Assembly (NCBI GenBank): GCA_002269645.1
Contig: NIVC01000293.1
Coordinates: 186,001 to 250,000, forward strand
Direction: 5' to 3'
Length of the DNA: 64,000 nt
Origin: Macrostomum lignano
Taxonomy: Eukaryota
Part shown: piece after piece, positions 62,371 through 64,000 of the stretch
Numbering within the stretch: position 1 is the stretch's first letter
How the letters are laid out: each line of letters opens with the position of its first letter
The notes under the pieces: generated by a model
Database searches by the model: none
Told to the model about the DNA's origin: nothing
What the model saw: the letters and a program-made list of their open reading frames with translations, nothing else
Translations under genes and position numbers: made by a program

Positions 62371-63714
62371 TAGGGATGTCAATTCCCTAGACTTTCTACT
62401 CCCTAGGGTCCCCGGGGAATTTGAACCCTTTCCCCGGGGTTTCCCTGGGGAGGGAGTTAAATAGTAATTTGTTAATATCTATTAAAAAAATGATATTTTA
62501 TACCTTTCAATGTGCTTTTACAATACTTTACTTTGTTTTCATGCTCATTCACACAATCATACTGTCATAGGAGTCAGGGCCAGGGGCAAACCAACTTCAC
62601 CCAAGCCTCCGGCCAAAAGATTTCAAGGTTTTGCATCTCCCTCTAGCAGATAGTGCAAAATAATAATTTTGAACACAATGAACACAATAATTAAGTATTG
62701 AAAATAGTTTTTATTTTGTAAATACTAAAAATGAAAACTTTTTTTATTATTTGTTAGTACAGTTAGGGGACTATTAGTATTAGCAGCATATATGGCTGAG
62801 CAGCTATATGCCTGTAAGACCTGGACATTTAACTAGGCTAGGAATCCTTTTGTTTTATGATTACTAAGATGCATAAACTGATGCTCTGATTATATATTTA
62901 TTGCGTGTAGCAGGTTGTGATATACAGCTGAAATCTACATCCAAGTCCAAGGCTGCCATACACAAGGGGGCCATAGCCCAGTGGTAGAGCAGCTGCTCTG
63001 GTATGCCAGCAACCCAGGCTTAGTTACAAGTGCAGTCACATTACTTTGGGGCTGAATTGGAATCTCAACTTGGCTCTGCTTGTGCAATTAATGGCCTTGA
63101 GAGCCAACCCCCCAAGGCGCAGTGAAGTGTACATGCCTAACGATAATATAAAGTTAGGGCCGCTGTACACTCCTTTGTGAGTGTGTGCCTGCGTACGTAT
63201 CCACGCGCTTGTATGCCTGCTCAGGGGAGTCGGCGGAATGGGCAGTAATGCCTCTCGCCGGTTGTGTGCCAATGTCGCTTAAAGTGTGCCAGGGTGCACA
63301 CAACCCCCCTGCCTCTAATAAAAAAAAGGCTGCCACACGCTTATAGAAAAATACTATAAGTTGCATGCTTAAATATGAGTCTTATTTTTTAGAAATGAAA
63401 TCTACTTAGACAAAATATTAAAACATATTATTAGTTAGAACCCTAGAATAAATTGATACTGAGTGTGACTACTTACTATAAATAGTATAATATGAAGAAT
63501 TGCTCACTCTAGAGCATTATGGACAAGCATACAAACAAATAAACCTTAGAGATTTAGTATATTTGGACTATAATATATAAATACTATAATAGTACTTTTT
63601 CTTTAATTGTTTTTTTGTCCAGGGACAGGGATCCCTGGTGGACCTCCCTAGGGTGCCTTTCTAGTGATACACCCCGGGGAGGCCAAGGAGTGCTCCCTGG
63701 GGATGATATCCCTA
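62371..63714. mobile_element. Putative non-autonomous DNA element with TAGGGATGTC...GATATCCCTA termini, containing a nested SINE
   Basis: 10-bp terminal inverted repeat with 1 mismatch and CCCCGGGG-type subterminal motifs at both ends. No clear target-site duplication. Confidence 0.55.
62966..63327 (+). mobile_element. tRNA-derived SINE, same family as 24126..24479
   Basis: A box TAGCCCAGTGG, decayed B box (GGCTTAGTTAC), colinear body and A-rich tail AATAAAAAAAA. Confidence 0.8.
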
Positions 63715-64000
63715 CAAGATACATGAGTTGGCTTATCAGAGGGTCAGTGTTATTTATGAACAGATTAAAGTCTTTTTAGTATATAAAATTTAATAGTGTT
63801 ATTTATTTTATTATTTTATACTTTTTAATATGACTAGGCTTTTCTTATAGAATAATGAATGGGAATTAATTTATATAAAAATGAGAATATAGTTGCCAAA
63901 CCTGTTAGGCCCATAAAATTCTATGCTGTTATAAAAGAAACAGATCCTTGGCCAATTTTTTTGTTTTGCTACAACTGCAATCTTCAATTTTGTGCTAAAT

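Overview
Eukaryotic (animal) genomic DNA: GC-rich exons embedded in AT-rich, minisatellite-saturated introns. The architecture fits a repeat-rich invertebrate such as the flatworm Macrostomum (inference, not verified). Most long ORFs in the supplied track are artefacts of tandem repeats. Manual splice reconstruction (GT-AG sites, consistent phases, no transcript evidence) gives these genes: a cyclic-nucleotide-binding-domain gene (minus strand, runs off the left end), a tetraspanin, BHMT copy 1, dimethylglycine dehydrogenase (DMGDH), BHMT copy 2 plus a second intact BHMT first exon, an SCP/calexcitin-like EF-hand gene, an unknown coding exon, a synaptotagmin-like gene with an apparent 1-nt frameshift, a secreted PAN/Apple + C-type lectin gene, and citrate synthase. 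Main points of interest: (1) a BHMT-DMGDH-BHMT betaine-catabolism cluster echoing the human DMGDH/BHMT2/BHMT locus; (2) a shared Grainyhead-like AACCGGTT promoter motif, with an identical 18-bp palindrome upstream of DMGDH and of one BHMT start; (3) two alternative BHMT first exons, each with its own TATA box; (4) intron number and active-site differences between BHMT paralogs; (5) all 19 long introns carry a tandem array while the 3 short ones do not; (6) a CpG-erased block at about 59.1-64 kb containing decayed elements and a pseudo-exon.
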